Below are positions 48,541 through 61,777 of a stretch of 64,000 nucleotides of DNA, piece by piece. Below the pieces are notes generated by a model, which was not told where the DNA came from, made no database searches, and saw nothing but the letters and a program-made list of their open reading frames with translations. Origin of the DNA: Lama guanicoe (Eukaryota); NCBI GenBank assembly GCA_013239625.1, contig MU054187.1, forward strand, positions 1,057,587 through 1,121,586, in the 5' to 3' direction. The position numbers and the translations under genes are program-made. Position 1 is the first letter of the stretch; the number at the start of each line of letters is the position of its first letter.

Positions 48541-51500
48541 TGGATGAACAAGTTTATTTGGAGAAACATACATAACTGACCTAAAAAACTTCAATAGAAG
48601 GATAAATTTTAAAACCACGTAAAAGGCCATCTCTATAAAGTGATTTCCCAGGACCACGTACAAGACGTAACCTCACCTGACCCCAGCCTCACTGGCAGGG
48701 GCTCAGTAAGCTGGGCTGCATGCCCCTCCCCCCAGCAAGCTTAGTCCGGGGGTTATTAGAGTGCAAACTCCACCAGGAAAGGAACTCTGATCTTGTTTCC
48801 TCTTCGTAGAGAAAACTTAACCTAGTTATGAGACCAGCCACACCAGGGAAATGTTTATAAGCCACTCACTCTCTGGTGCTTCATTTCAGCATCCCAAACG
48901 GACACACTGCCTCACCAAGGTCAGGCAGCTAAAAGCTGGCAGAGTCCAGTCAGATTCCAATTTCTACCCACGCCAACATTCATCTCACTCAACCATCCTT
49001 CTTGAAAGGTTCAATTTGAGGGTTAGAGTAAATGGAATAGAAAAACAGTAACCTAATCTAATTGTGAAGGGTTTCATCAGAGTTTTTAAATTATAAAAGC
49101 TCGAGTTTGTTCCACTGAATTTTTCCACCATGATTTAACTCTGGAAATTTCTGAGCTTCTATAAAACAGAAAAGAGGGGCAGAAGAGGCGAGTACAGTTG
49201 TGAAGGGGGCCATGGCGATTTATCAGTGTGGACCACTCAGATGAGGCTGCTCTCCAAGTGAATACAGGCTCTTCCTGGGTTTATACCACAATTACTCAAG
49301 TCGTACTGGAAACTGAATTGTAGAATGAGGTGTTTCCAAGTGAGTGGGACAATTGTTATTTGTCCATAATATGCCCACTGTCAGTGGAAAGCATACAATG
49401 TGCATTAAAGGTGGTAAGATACGATCACATGTTTATGGGCCAGAATGGAAGACTTACATTTAAAAATAGGGCCTTCCTTTTTTGTGTTTTGGAAAGAATA
49501 GCCGTTTATGTATAAGCCTGGCTTTGCTTTCAGAGCGGTGCGCGGAGAGAAGAAGGCTGGGTGGGCTGGCCCACAGGTGTGGGGCGGGTTGCACTGACTC
49601 TGTGCCCGAGCCTGCCGCCATATTCCAAGTGGTCGTTCGAGATCCGTGCAGTGACCACGTTTCCTCAGGCGTTTACGTATGAGGGTGAAGGGAACAGAGC
49701 AGTTGCTCAGAGCAGCAGCATGGAAGCCCCTGCAGGAAAACAGGAAACGCTGAATTCTCACCGAAACTTGCTTGAATTGCTGATGCACTATTCAGCTAAA
49801 CGTTACCTGTATATATAATTATGAATTTGCTGTACTTCAGGTGGAAAATTATTTTCTACCAGGACCCAACAGTTTCCAACAAATGTGGTGTTACCAGAAG
49901 TTTGAAGTTGAAATAATCTTTCTCATTGCCTGTTTTTAGAGTGGTGTAAATCATATTCACAATCACAAAGTTTTTTTTTTCTTTTTAGGATTTCTTAGTT
50001 CCAAAGATAAATTATGACTTGATGACAAGAAGCATCCTTTCTTTTCTCAGTCAATTTTGTAGGCAAGAATAGTCTTAAGTAGTGTATACTTATATATACT
50101 TCACTAAGTAGAAAGAAACGATTCTTTTAATTTTAATCTTAAGAGAATTTCCACCTGTTAAGAATTTTTGCAGTTTCCAGAGTCCAAAGAAGCTCTTATG
50201 TAAGGCACGTGTTTGTTTTAAATGTGCTGTACTTTGTTCAAGCTTGTTTATGCCACAGTTTTTGTTTCAGTGATTGTCCTTGTAAACGTGTATATGAATT
50301 TTATATGAATATTTTGTTTGGGGTAAATTTTAAGTGTTGGTGTGTGAACGCCTTCTGCATTTCCCCGATCCTGTGATTGTCGTTATTTTTCTATGGGAGT
50401 AGGCATTTCAGATTAATTAAAACATAGCAGTGACCCCAGGCAAGGCTAGGAGAGAGAGAGGTTCATCTTCGTTGTCTCCTGATGCTCTTTGAAGTTATTT
50501 TCGTGATTTCAACATCTTTCCAGTGAGCTCAGAATATTTCTACTGATTTGATCTTGCTGGTGAGGAAGAGGCTGTGTGCCAAGCTGATTTACCCTGGAGA
50601 ATCTGAGGGACACATGTTCCTCCCAGAGGATTGCGTTTCAAGGGAGAGTCAGATAACCCTCCTCACTGTGGGGGGGAAGCGTGCGCTTGGGAGTCATTTC
50701 CGAGTGAGCTCTTCCTCATGTGTGGCCATGAACGAGTTACTTCTTTGAGCCTCAGTTCTTGTTTATAAATCATCACGTGACTCAGAGAGATTTAGCATAA
50801 TCCATGCATTCGTCTATGCCTCAGGGACTGTGCTTGGTTTTGGAGAGCCTGTGGAACGAAAGTCCATTTTCACACAGAATTCGTGCTTTGACGAAGGAGA
50901 TGAGTATTCACGACAGCTTCAATAATAGTGACCAAACTGCACGGATGTCCATTTGTGGGGCGTGTGTAGTAAAGCACACACGCACATGACAAAGGTCACA
51001 TAGGTGTTTTGGAGCTGTTAACACTTTACACCAAGTGTTAAATGTACACAGAATGGCTTTACATGAAATGAGTGACTGCGCTGAAAGAGACGTCTTAAAT
51101 GGCAGAATGTCGGACTCTGTTACCCGCATGGGTGACACTCAGGAACAGGCAGGCGTCCGTTCGCACTCCAGTGCTGACGGCAGTCTCCACCTCGCGGGCA
51201 GGTTTCTGCAGCTGACTTTGAGAGCTGAGTAGTTCTCTTGTCTTCTGAACAGAGCTCAGATATTTTTTACATTATAAACGGCGTCTGTTGCTGAAACGTG
51301 CACGCACAGACTGTAGCACAGGAACCAGAGTTTTTGGTTAATTGAGAACATTGGTTAAAAAGAAGGGGAGTCTTTAAAAATGACATATTCTCCCAGATAT
51401 ATTAACACCAAATTGTAACTGCATACTGTCTTGCAATTTCACAGTCAGGCCAAGGCGTTTTCTCTGCTCATGGGCTTGCTGGCCACGGTCTGTTTTCTTT

Positions 51501-52162
51501 CCCTTGCATATGGCACCTGGTTTGCATTTTCTATGCTGCATTTCCATTTTCAGGACTTTTTAGGGTAATAATATTTAAATTTTTCTAAAGCAATCTAAAT
51601 AGAATCTCCTTTATATATCCAGTTGTCTTTAATTTTGGTAACATTTTTGTTTGACAATTCACCTTGATTATATCTATCCAAACATTTACAGATTTCATGT
51701 ATTTTGAGATAGATACTTCAAAAATTTACATATGTTTTCCAATATTATTTTAGTAATTGCAGTAACAAGCTACACAGGAATGAACGGATTTAGAGACAAA
51801 CACAGCTGACCAACTAATGGAACCAAAATAAGAGTTTTTGACCAGCAGGAGAGAAGTGCACAGGCATCCTGTGGCCTGTTGACAGCGCATGGACCACCAA
51901 GGCCAGTCTGTACCAGAAAGGGCTTCACCCTAAGTCAGGACAACTTCAGAACTTCAGCTTCACTCATTGTTAGTTTTGAAGGCAAAACTAACAATGTCCA
52001 TTAAAATAATTTTCCTTAAATGCCCTGTAATATTTTCACCTTCTAAATACCTTTGCCTCTTATGAAAGTTTCTAAAGACTGTCATAACTTGCCCCCCTAA
52101 ACAGAGTAACTCTGCCCCTCCTTCTATATTTTATTTGGATTCTGTGCAGAATATCAGCAGCA

Positions 52163-52385
52163 TGGATGGATAGAGAGATAGATAGTCAGACAGACAAATG
52201 AGAGGTGGATGGAGAGATGGATGAGAGATAAACTATGGGTGGATGGATAGACAGACAAGAGATAGATAATAGGTAACAGCTGATAGATGATAGACTGTAG
52301 ATGGATGGATAGATGATAGGTAGATAGATGAACTGATAAACACATGATGGATGTATGTATAGATGGATGGATGGATGGAAGAGAG
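52163..52385. repeat. Degenerate (GGAT/AGAT)n tetranucleotide repeat
   Basis: Direct read: tggatggatagagagatagatag...gatggatggatggatgg. Confidence 0.92.
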
Positions 52386-53399
52386 ATTTGCACCCATAGA
52401 TGTCATTTAAAGGTCAGGTTTTTAATTTGTTTTTAAACATTTCACTTTTATTAGTTTGTTATTTTCAGTAACTCTACCATTAATGCACTCATTTTACTTA
52501 AGATTTAGGAGTAAATTTCCTCAAAGCTTATTTTAAAGGCTAAAGTAACTTAAATTAGTAATCATGGTTTTAACAAGAAAGATTCACGTAGGAGTTGTAA
52601 GAATCAAATGTGTCTATGTTTAAAATATTTAGTTTTAGCACTTCATAAATAATTTCCCTTGATAAATGCTAATTACCTTGTCTTTGCCTGGGATGTTCCC
52701 AAAGCCATACTTTACATGGTGAATCACCGTCCATTCCACTGATCGCATCCAAGCTACGTAAGGTCTTACACTAAATATTAGCACAGACGAGATTCCAGAT
52801 TATGGCGAGGTGCCTTCCTGTGGGTCACACAGACCCTGCCTTGCAGAGTTTATGTCCTCAAGTGCTTGGGCCAATACCATGGACTCACTAAATAGAACTC
52901 TGTTAAAAGGCTCTGAAACAAAATAGAGCTTTTTATTTTAAAAAAATCAAGGCACTGTTATTTATTTGACTTGACATACTGGATAAAGTCATGCTGCCTT
53001 CAGGAGAGCAGAAGGAAGAAATGTCACAAAATGCAGGACAGGTGATATTCTGGTATGTCAGAGGACAGGTGACGGCTGTTGGAGTAGTAGTAGTGTACGT
53101 TTGTCATGCTAGCACTGATTTTATATGAAATTGACATTGATTTGAGGTTTTTTTTAAAAAACAATAGGAAAGAAAGGTGGAAAAAGGATTATAAAAATGA
53201 TATTCTATAGTAAGCAGGATTTCTATTGTTTTAAAAAAAAGTCTATGAAGGGAGAAAAGCAAGCTAAGATCTATAAACAAAATAACAAAAATGTGATTTG
53301 GTAGTTTATTTTTGTAACTTTATTAAAGCTAAAATTACTTTATATATTTTTGTAACATTTATTGAATTTTGTTGAAAACCTCCTATGTGCCAGGCCTTT

Positions 53400-53862
53400 T
53401 GTTAACTTATGGGGGATTCTAGTCTGAGCAAGTATTTCTGATTTTCGTTATATCCAATACACTGCTCAGGGAAACTCACCATAAAAGAACTGTGGTCCAC
53501 TTTTAGGTAGGAGTCTGGAGGAGGCTTTGGACATATCAGAGGCTTGAGGACTTTTGCAGGTGTGGGCTGGCGTCTGCAGCATCTTAGCATCCACTCCGCA
53601 CACATGCATGGTCAGAGAAGGGGGTATAACGGACTTCAGGGAGTCCCATTGAGAAAGGGGAGGGACCCTCCTCGGGTGCTCTGTGCAGCTGTGTACGAGG
53701 CCAGCTGCTCCCAAGGACATCAGACACACTCCCTGCTCCTGGGCCTGGGGCCTGTGCCCCTCTCCTGAAAGGTCAGAGGACTCGGCACACTGGGAATGCA
53801 GGGGGAAGATCCACCCCGGAACTTCAAGTGTCTTTCATTCAGGAAGACCCAAAAGTCTAACA
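53400..53862 (-). mobile_element. Probable old ERVL-class LTR (MER73/MER74-like)
   Basis: Begins tgttaac and ends ctaaca; tatttctgattttcgttatatccaatacactgc resembles that family's end. No TSD found. Confidence 0.35.
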
Positions 53863-53863
53863 C

Positions 53864-53913
53864 TCACGCCTGTTCCCAAACCACACTTTCACGCCTGTTC
53901 CCAAACCACACTT
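53864..53913. repeat. Exact 25-bp tandem duplication overlapping an LTR end
   Basis: tcacgcctgttcccaaaccacactt twice (53864-53888, 53889-53913). Confidence 0.95.
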
Positions 53914-54504
53914 GTGCCCGCTCCCCCGAGCAGTGCAGCCAGTCTGCTGACCTGGGGTTGGGTGAAGGGAAGAGCAGTGTTTATCGCAGGCACCCAGCAA
54001 GGAGTGGGGCAGTCAGTGCTCAAAAGACCTAAATTCCCAGGTGGACTTCAGGTAAGCGTTTTTAAAGACAGGGGGAGGGACTCCCTGACGGGTCAGTGGT
54101 CAAGTAACAGGGCAATGTCACAGGGGTCACCATCATCAGTCGTCAGGCTCCAGCTCGTTTGGGCCCAAGCAGGTAGCCTCTTCCATCCAGTGGGGGTTTT
54201 AGTGTCTGTAAAACAGCTCAGGAGTGTGGGTCAGACACTGTCATCTGCGTCCTCCAGGGAGGAACCGAGGATTCTGTGACTCTGCTGTATGGCTGGTCTG
54301 TTGTTTAAACTGTCACCAGTTCCCCTGGCCCAACTGCTGTCCTTCTTCATTACGTCTTCTTCTAGTCATTAACACCTGAACCAGCCTTTTGTGACCATGG
54401 GAGGCCCGGGTGGCGAAGGCTTTTCTACAAACAAGAGATGGACAGAGGAACTGGTGAGGGGCGATCTGTCCTGGGACGGTCCCACAGGGTCCTGCTTGGC
54501 TGTG
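53896..54504 (-). mobile_element. ERV1 solo LTR (laurasiatherian/artiodactyl type)
   Basis: tgttcccaaacc...gtgtttatcgcaggcacccagcaaggag...gctcaaaagacc...cccacagggtcctgcttggctgtg. The 4-bp flanks cgcc/tgcc fit an ERV1 TSD with CpG decay. Confidence 0.75.
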
Positions 54505-54817
54505 TGCCCCCCAGTGTGAATAGGCAAAGACTCAGTGGTGCCAGCAGGCCATTGATATCCAACGTGATGAGAACCTCCAAACAGATGCAGCTGCTCCTCA
54601 CAGGCAGGTTTCTGATGTTCTGTAGAAAACCACATTGCCATAAACTGGCAGGGACTGCCAAACCACAAATGCAGGAGCCGGAATCAGGAGCCTCAGTGGG
54701 GAGCACGAAGCATGGAGAAACGATTCTGGGACTGCCCGTTCACCTGCCTTCACTGATGCTCATTTGGGGCAGGAGTTTTCCACTTACGTCTTGCAGTTTT
54801 TAATGAATGTCCATGTG

Positions 54818-55190
54818 TGTGTCAGTTAGGATTGTACTCAGTCTTAAAGAGAAAACCTACCACGACTGCTTCAGTAAAAGAACTGAGTTGCCCTAGTTCA
54901 GCAGGAGTTCCAGGTGCAGGCAGCAGCATGCGATCAGCAGCCACCCTCAGTCTTCCTTCCCGCTTTGCGTCTCTGGGCAGCTCATGTTCGGGCCACCCCT
55001 GAACGCAGCTGGGTGCACAATCTGCCCGAGCTCAGACAAGCTCTTCATCCTCCCTGGGCGTCTCCAAGCTGAGCACTTCCAGCCCCTCCAGCAGGCACCG
55101 AAACCTGAAGGAGCGGGGATGTTGCGGAGTGGGACTTAACGGTCCTGGGGCCACCCTGGCTCCTGCAAGGCGGCCTTGTCCCTTAAGCCC
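54818..55190 (-). mobile_element. Old MLT1-type LTR (degenerate)
   Basis: Start tgtgtcagttaggattgtactcag...agaaaacc is typical of antisense MLT1; right boundary uncertain. Confidence 0.45.
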
Positions 55191-55595
55191 TGGGGCTAGC
55201 AGTTAACAGGCAGCGAATATATGGTATTTGTTGATTCACATTTTGGCTTTCCCGTATCTTGGTTTGAAGAACGAGGCTTACTGCACCCTGGGCACTTTTG
55301 GGGGCCGCAGCAAGCAGGACTCTCGATAGTATTTACCTTGTGTCTCAGCTGCAGGCCCCCTGTCTCTGGTTTGCACACGCGGGCTTACCCCAAGCCCCAG
55401 TTCCAGTATCAGCTTAGTTTTCTGAGCCTCGAGTCCCACCCTGGTCCACTTCATTACATTTTCCCCTCTGGGTCTCTGACTCAGGCCCTGCTGGTACTCG
55501 CGGCAGAGGTGGGAAGTGCTTTGGGGGCCACCAGCTGCTACTGGACAGGCTTGTGCATTGGGGCACGGATGGAAGTAACTTGGCCAGGTCTCCCT

Positions 55596-55611
55596 TTGCC
55601 ACCTGGTGGAG
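55596..55611 (-). promoter_or_regulatory. Candidate CTCF binding motif
   Basis: Minus strand CTCCACCAGGTGGCAA matches the CTCF core CCACCAGGTGGCA. Confidence 0.5.
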
Positions 55612-56725
55612 AGCTGCTGTCGCAAACAGTGGAGGCAGCACACTGTGCCCATTTGTGACTGGGGTAGCTGGGGCTTCGAACTGGGGCTGGGATTCCTGCC
55701 AGCACCCCGCATGGGGCACAGACACGGGGTAGCCAGGGTTCCCCAGGGCCTGTGGGTCAGACAGCCCCTGGGGCAGCTCGCAGGGACGGGACCCCCACCA
55801 GAGCCCACTGAGCGTGAGTGGGCTGGGGCTGCCGCAGGTCTCTGCTGGGCTCCCCTTTCCTGGCCCATGGTCTAGAAAAGCTTTGTTTTCCTTCTGGCAA
55901 CGCCTATGGGTCCCTGACCCCAGTTCAACCACAGGAGGTAAAAGAAAGCCCAGGAAATGTGCCACACTCGGCTCCCCGGCCCTGAGCTCTCTAGCCAGTC
56001 CACGTTCTCTCTCCCCCAGATTTCAGAGTCCTTTAATCCCTTTCTGTGGAATAATTTCTGGGTATTTAGTTTTAGTTTGTGGGAAGAAGCAAAAGGAAAG
56101 TGACTTTACACTGCCTTGTTCTGGGACCAGAACAAGTGTAGCTTTTGAAATGTCTTCATCCTAATAATATATATTTATTTAGTATTTTCCAACACTTGAA
56201 GCTAGTTCACATATGTAAACCGGATAGCGCTCGCATCACCAGGAGCCGTGAGGTAGCCATGTCTGCGCTAACGCCGGGCACGGAGCCGTGGGAGTGGCCC
56301 TGTCCCTGCCCCTCTTGCCTGACGGGGGTTATTGAGGGCTCTGAACACTGAGGCTGCCAGTGTCCTTGCACAAAGCCCATGTTTAACAAAATCACCTTGG
56401 ATATTCTTCACGGTGTATTTATGCCAGAGTCAACATGGGAAACGTCTTTAAGCCCCAGTTAACATCGGACGGCCTGAACTCGTGTCCTGACTTCAGTGAG
56501 GAAGGGAGACTCTGGGATCTGTGCTCCGGGCTCCAGTTCCCCGTGCGCTTTGAAGGTTTTGGTCTCTGATAGGATCGCCTGTGGCCAAGCATGTTTGTTG
56601 CACAGAATTTTGGTTCAAAAGGAATCAAGTGTCCATCATCCTAGCCTAGTTCTGAGGTCATATAAAAAATGCCTTGTGCAGCATTATAAAAGGAGAATTT
56701 TTAAATAATTTACTAGCTCATGGCA

Positions 56726-56749
56726 GTGAACAGACTTAAGTCTGTTCAC
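56726..56749. repeat. Perfect 24-bp palindrome
   Basis: gtgaacagactt|aagtctgttcac is its own reverse complement. Confidence 0.95.
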
Positions 56750-56764
56750 ACGTCTTTTTAACCC

Positions 56765-56890
56765 TTTGTGAGCTATGTCCCATTTTTATCCCTATTTTAT
56801 GTTAAAATAATGTACAAATAGATTAGTGACCTCCAATTGCTGCTAACTGTCAGAATAAGGATGCTGGATTCCAGACTCCATGATCTGACC
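56765..56890 (-). mobile_element. MIR SINE fragment
   Basis: ttgtgagct...tttatcctattttat...gattagtgacct...ctggattccagactcc..tctgac. Confidence 0.45.
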
Positions 56891-59800
56891 CCCAAAAGTA
56901 ACACGGTCTCACGTTCACACTTTACAAGTGACTTTTTCTATTTCATATGATACCGTGACTCTGTGAAGCAGGATTTATTTCACTCTGACATGCCTGGCTC
57001 TGTCTCCTCATTTGCAGATCAAGAAGAGTACATTAGCTGACACTCCCAAAATCAGGTCTAGCTAAAATTGGTTCTCCTTCCTGACTCCCACTGCCTCTGG
57101 CTTTTCTTTAACTCCGCTCTTGGGTCTTTCATGTCTGTGACTCTTAGCTTGTCCTTCCGTTTACTTTGCTTGTAATTGTTAAGAATCATTAGCTTTGTGC
57201 TGGAAGGACCTATGTACATAAGATAAAGTTCTTACCCACTTCTGCATCCTCAGTCATTGCCCACCCCATTCTGAGCTGATGAATTAAGAGGAAATTTGAA
57301 AACACACTGCCTTAGTATGCATGCACTTGGCTTGCCTGTTGGATGCATGCCTGTGTGAAGTTGTGTTTTAAGGGTCTGTCTGTTCCTCCTGTCGGTTATG
57401 TTAGTTTGTTATTATGCCAGAAGTGTTTTATTTTAAACTCACTTTCTGTGAGCATTTAACTATGAGGCTTATGATGACTGGATTGTTGCTCTTGTTTCTT
57501 TGCCGATGCAGAAGTCATATTTCAATAGCTTCTTGGGTTTTATTCTGTTCATTCTGAAAATTTACATATGACTATCTGATCAAGTTATTAGCAGAATAAT
57601 TTTCAGAACTATGAAAGAGAGAGTCACAAAATATTTCAGCATTTTAAGTAGAAAAATTTGTATTTCACTTATAGAAGACCAGGGTTTCTGAACGCTTAGA
57701 ATTTTTTTTCTAGGACTCATTTTCTCAGTGGAGAATGAGGCATAGAGTAGCACGAAAAATATTATATTTGATAATTTTATCATTAAGGTTAATATTGTAG
57801 AGCACTTTTTAAATAATACTGGAGCCAACATATTCTATTCTTTCTGCCTGACAAATTTCTAGTCACTCAGGTGAATTAGAAATTTGCCATTGTTTCATAT
57901 ATGCATAAAAATATTCAAATACCTTTTAAGACATTATTTCCAGAATGTGTGCGGATAATTAGGATGCGTTATAACATGAAAACAGTTTAACCAAAAAACA
58001 GATGAAATGTATTAATGTAACTTTAGAGTCAATCCAACATTATATTCCAGCATATCATAAAATACATAACCTAAACTTATTTATGCTATGTGATCAAAAT
58101 ACATGTGATTATTCAGGTTTTCAGAGCATTTTGGAAAAATAAGATAGGAAGAACTATTCCTTGTCCAAGACTGATTCATAATATCAGTATATGGCATATT
58201 TTTCCTCCTTTTCCTTGTAGAGAATGTACAATGTCAGGTCTGATTCACACTCAGGAAGGCACCACCGTCCTGGAGGAGACCAGGACCTTGTTATGGGGGA
58301 GATGCCACGCTCACACCTCTCTGCAAAGCCCTGTTCTTTGGATTTCTGTCTGAATTCTACAATTCACTTTTAAGAAATAATTTTTCCAAAATATTTTCCG
58401 AATAATTAAAAAAATCATTCAGCACCACTGGTATGGCTCACCCAGCGCACCCTCAGCTGCCCTCTGCAGGTTGTTGAGTTTAGCTAACCTCCCTGTTGCC
58501 ACCAGACTGTAGCAGGAAGTCTCTCCAATCACAGGAGGCCTCAAGGCGAGGAGGAAGGCCACGTCTCCCTTAGGCACGTCTGTTTTCCTCTTAATATCAG
58601 ATCTGAAGCAGGGCTACATTTTGGTCTTGCCTCCCAACCTGATAAGTGCTGGTTCAATGTGTGATTAGAAAATGGAGGCGTGCCAGGTACACCACGGCTG
58701 GGTGGGAGCTGGGAGAGTTGGTGGCGGAGAGGGAGGGAGACCCGGCCACCCGGGAGGGTTCAGTCCAGGTGTTCTCAGGTGGAACTTACCATGAAGCCCT
58801 CACTGGCTTTTATTGTTCAAATTTATGGTTTAAAAATAACCCATTTGAGAATCAGTGGTATCACTGGTGAGGGTGCACATCGGCAACTGGAAAATGCGAT
58901 GGCGGCACCTCGGCATTTCCTGCTGTTCAGGCCATGAGGCTTTGAGTCACTAGGGCCCAATGGCAGCGGTTTCCACTCAGGAGAAACCATGCTCCCCCAA
59001 GCAGCAACAGTTTATTTTATGTCCTCAGTTCTTCATTACATTTATCATAATTTCTAAAACTTTATTTCAAATAAATATTTAGGAAAGTGATAATAACGTG
59101 AATTAAGATTTGTTCACGATCAAGTGCTGCTCTCAGTGCTTTTCATGCTCTGTAAGTGTAGACCCCGGTAATCCTTGTGCTGTCCCTTCATGGTGGTGCG
59201 GTGGCACTGTTGCCGTCTCTACTTTACGTAGAAGAAGAGAGAAGCAGGCAGATCTCACCTGGTCTGTCCAGGCCACGTAGCAGGTCTCTGAGCCGGATTC
59301 ATGAGGCAGCAGGGGAGAGCTCAGTTCACCCGCTCCATGAGCTCCGGAGAATCCTGAGAAGTTTGGAAGGAAAATCAAGAGCCTTTTGTCTGAAGACAAG
59401 CATTTGTTTTCTTTTCCAGTTACATAAATACTGGTTTTTCAAATGACGGAAGTGTCAGTTTTTCTAAAGAGGTAGACATAAAACTATGCTCATTTTGAAA
59501 ACAAAAATTGACTTCTTTACTTGAAAAGAATTGGAATCAGAATAATGAAATCTCGCGCCCCGGGTCCTCGTCTTGAGTTGAGATGGACTGGGTTCTGGCT
59601 GAGTGAAGAGCTCTACCTCAAAGCTGCTCAGGAAAAAGGGGGACCATGTGGGCTCCTGGAAATGAGTGAAGAGTTAAAGCCCCAAACAGCTGGGCCTCAG
59701 AAACACCTGGGACCAAAAAACTACTGCTGGAACCGTTTTCCATAGATTCTGTGTGATTTTCTCTCTTAGGTTTGCCTTTCTCTCTCTTGCTCGCTTTCTC

Positions 59801-60589
59801 TATGTGATAGGAAGACATAGCCTGTGAATATGCCCGATTCTTTATTTTATCACTGCTACCCCAGGGAGAAGACTGATCCTCAGCTACAATTTAAAGCGTT
59901 TGAGGAAAGCTCTGTGGCCTCCTTGCGGTGTGCAGGAGTCTCAGAGGCATGGCTGTGCTCACAGGCGCCATTTGGGTGAGGCTGGTGCCAGAACCAGTGC
60001 TGGGGAGCAGACTGGACCCTGAGATTGCCTCAGCGTCCAGCAGAAAGTCGTGCGGCAGCGGCAAGAACGTCGGACTGGAGAGTTAAAGAAACGGTGATTC
60101 AAGTCCAGGGACAAGGACTCCTGGCTCGGGGATTCGAGTCTCTTATTAAACCCCTTTCACGGCATTTCGTTCATCTGAAAAATGTGTGAGAATTAAGTGA
60201 GGTGCTATGTAAGCAAATAATACTGGCTGGCTGTCATTTTCTGCCTAAGCCCTCGTGTTGATTCAGTCCATGCAACAGTTAATGCTGTAAATACGGTTAA
60301 TATTCCCCTTCAAATGAGAAACGGAACCAGAGGGACATTGAGCACGCCGGTCTGTGCTCGTACTTGGTGGACGAATCAAACTGAGCCAGACGTCGAAGGG
60401 ACACTGTTTGTTGGATTTATCTGATCTAAGAACATGGGGATGTCTTCTGTTTTTACGGCCAATAAATAGACACTTGTGACGTACGCAAAGGATAGCGTCT
60501 CAGGACCATTACTTCCACACGTGAGTGCCTCCAAATAAAGTCACAGCATCTTCCAGCAGAGCCAGAAATGCTGTACTGGAGGAGTGACC

Positions 60590-60733
60590 ACGTCCAGTGT
60601 CTGCCTTGACTCTGCCGTTTATTATTTTTGTGAACTTAGGCAAATTACGATCTTTGAGTCTCAGTCCCCACATCTGTAAAATAAAACACTGGAGCTAGAT
60701 TGTGTCTAAAGCCCCTTGCAGTTCTGATGTTCC
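60590..60733 (+). mobile_element. MIR3-like SINE
   Basis: tgtgaacttaggcaaattac...gagtctcagtccccacatctgtaaaat...ctagattgtgtctaaagccccttgcagttctgatgttc. Confidence 0.75.
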
Positions 60734-61256
60734 TAGCTCTACGCACAGCGCACAGACACCGAGCACATTGCAGGGAAGGCAAGCTCGTCAGTGCAGCAGC
60801 GTCGACGAAATTTTATACACAAGTAGAAAAACAGTTTTAAAGGAACCTGCAGGAAACAACGTCTCTGCGCTTTGGGGAGGAATGGAGGCTGCCAGATTGG
60901 TGTGAGAAGTACCATGATTCAGTCAAATAAATATTATTAATTTACTTGAGTTGTACTGTGCAGAGTATTTTAGAATAATTAGATGCTGGATTTCTCCAAG
61001 ATTTGAAACAGGAGATTATGACTATACCAAAAAGAATAGTTTGAGTTTTAAATCATAAAAATAGCACAGTTTTTGAGCTTAAAAGCAAATAAGAAGGAAG
61101 CACAAATGCAGGAAGCCAAGCGTATTTATCTTGAGTCTAAATCTCAAGTTTATGTTTGTGGGCGGGGAAGTGAACAGGAGGGGTGTGTTTGGTGGTAAAG
61201 CTACTGAGTGGACCTGCCCTCCGGGGGGCTGTCAGCAGTCAGGCGTGCCCAGCCTC

Positions 61257-61326
61257 CACCTCCACGCCAGGAACACGCCCAGCTTTCTGAGCACCTCCAC
61301 GCCAGGAACACGCCCAGCTTTCTGAG
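61257..61326. repeat. Exact 35-bp tandem duplication
   Basis: cacctccacgccaggaacacgcccagctttctgag twice (61257-61291, 61292-61326). Confidence 0.95.
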
Positions 61327-61777
61327 CCGAGGTCTCCTCTGCCACAGACACGCACCTTGCAGGCTGTGCACTATTTTTCAGTCTCTAATCCTCGCCCTCT
61401 TTGGATAAATATGAAAAAACACAACAATTTGGCCATAGACACGTGCTTGGTCACGTGCACCCTGTCTCCCTTGATCTTTACTCATTTTGCAAAGCATAGT
61501 CAACGGGCAGACACTATCCACTCATTCCAGGCAGCAGGTCCAGGATGCTCCCATGTGAGAGGGGCTGGGGATGGGAAGGTAGCGGGGAGGGAGCGAGGTA
61601 CATCTGGAACTACGGGGGGCCTGTGGGGAAGGGAGGAGTGGAGAGGCTGTGTGGGCGCTGTCAGGAGGTCGGTCCCAGCCCCGCCGTCTACACTGTGCTG
61701 GGCTGCTTGGATGTCATCTTCAGGGTAATTGGTAGAACTTGAAGGCTTTTGAACAGGGAATGATATTTTAAAAACAA

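Noticed and set aside
53683..54279. 198-aa ORF, the longest in the track
   Set aside because: Lies across LTR sequence and a tandem duplication, has a non-ATG start and no recognisable domain.
55221..56164. Overlapping 116-196-aa ORFs on both strands
   Set aside because: GC-rich DNA is poor in stop codons; the peptides are P/G/A/S-rich with no recognisable homology or exon structure.
58200..58372. Strong acceptor (ttttcctccttttccttgtag) followed by a ~50-codon frame
   Set aside because: Peptide not recognisable, and no donor or upstream exon could be linked.
45291..61326. 25-38-bp direct repeats as CRISPR-like arrays
   Set aside because: Each is a two-copy head-to-tail duplication without spacers, unrelated to the others, in mammalian DNA.
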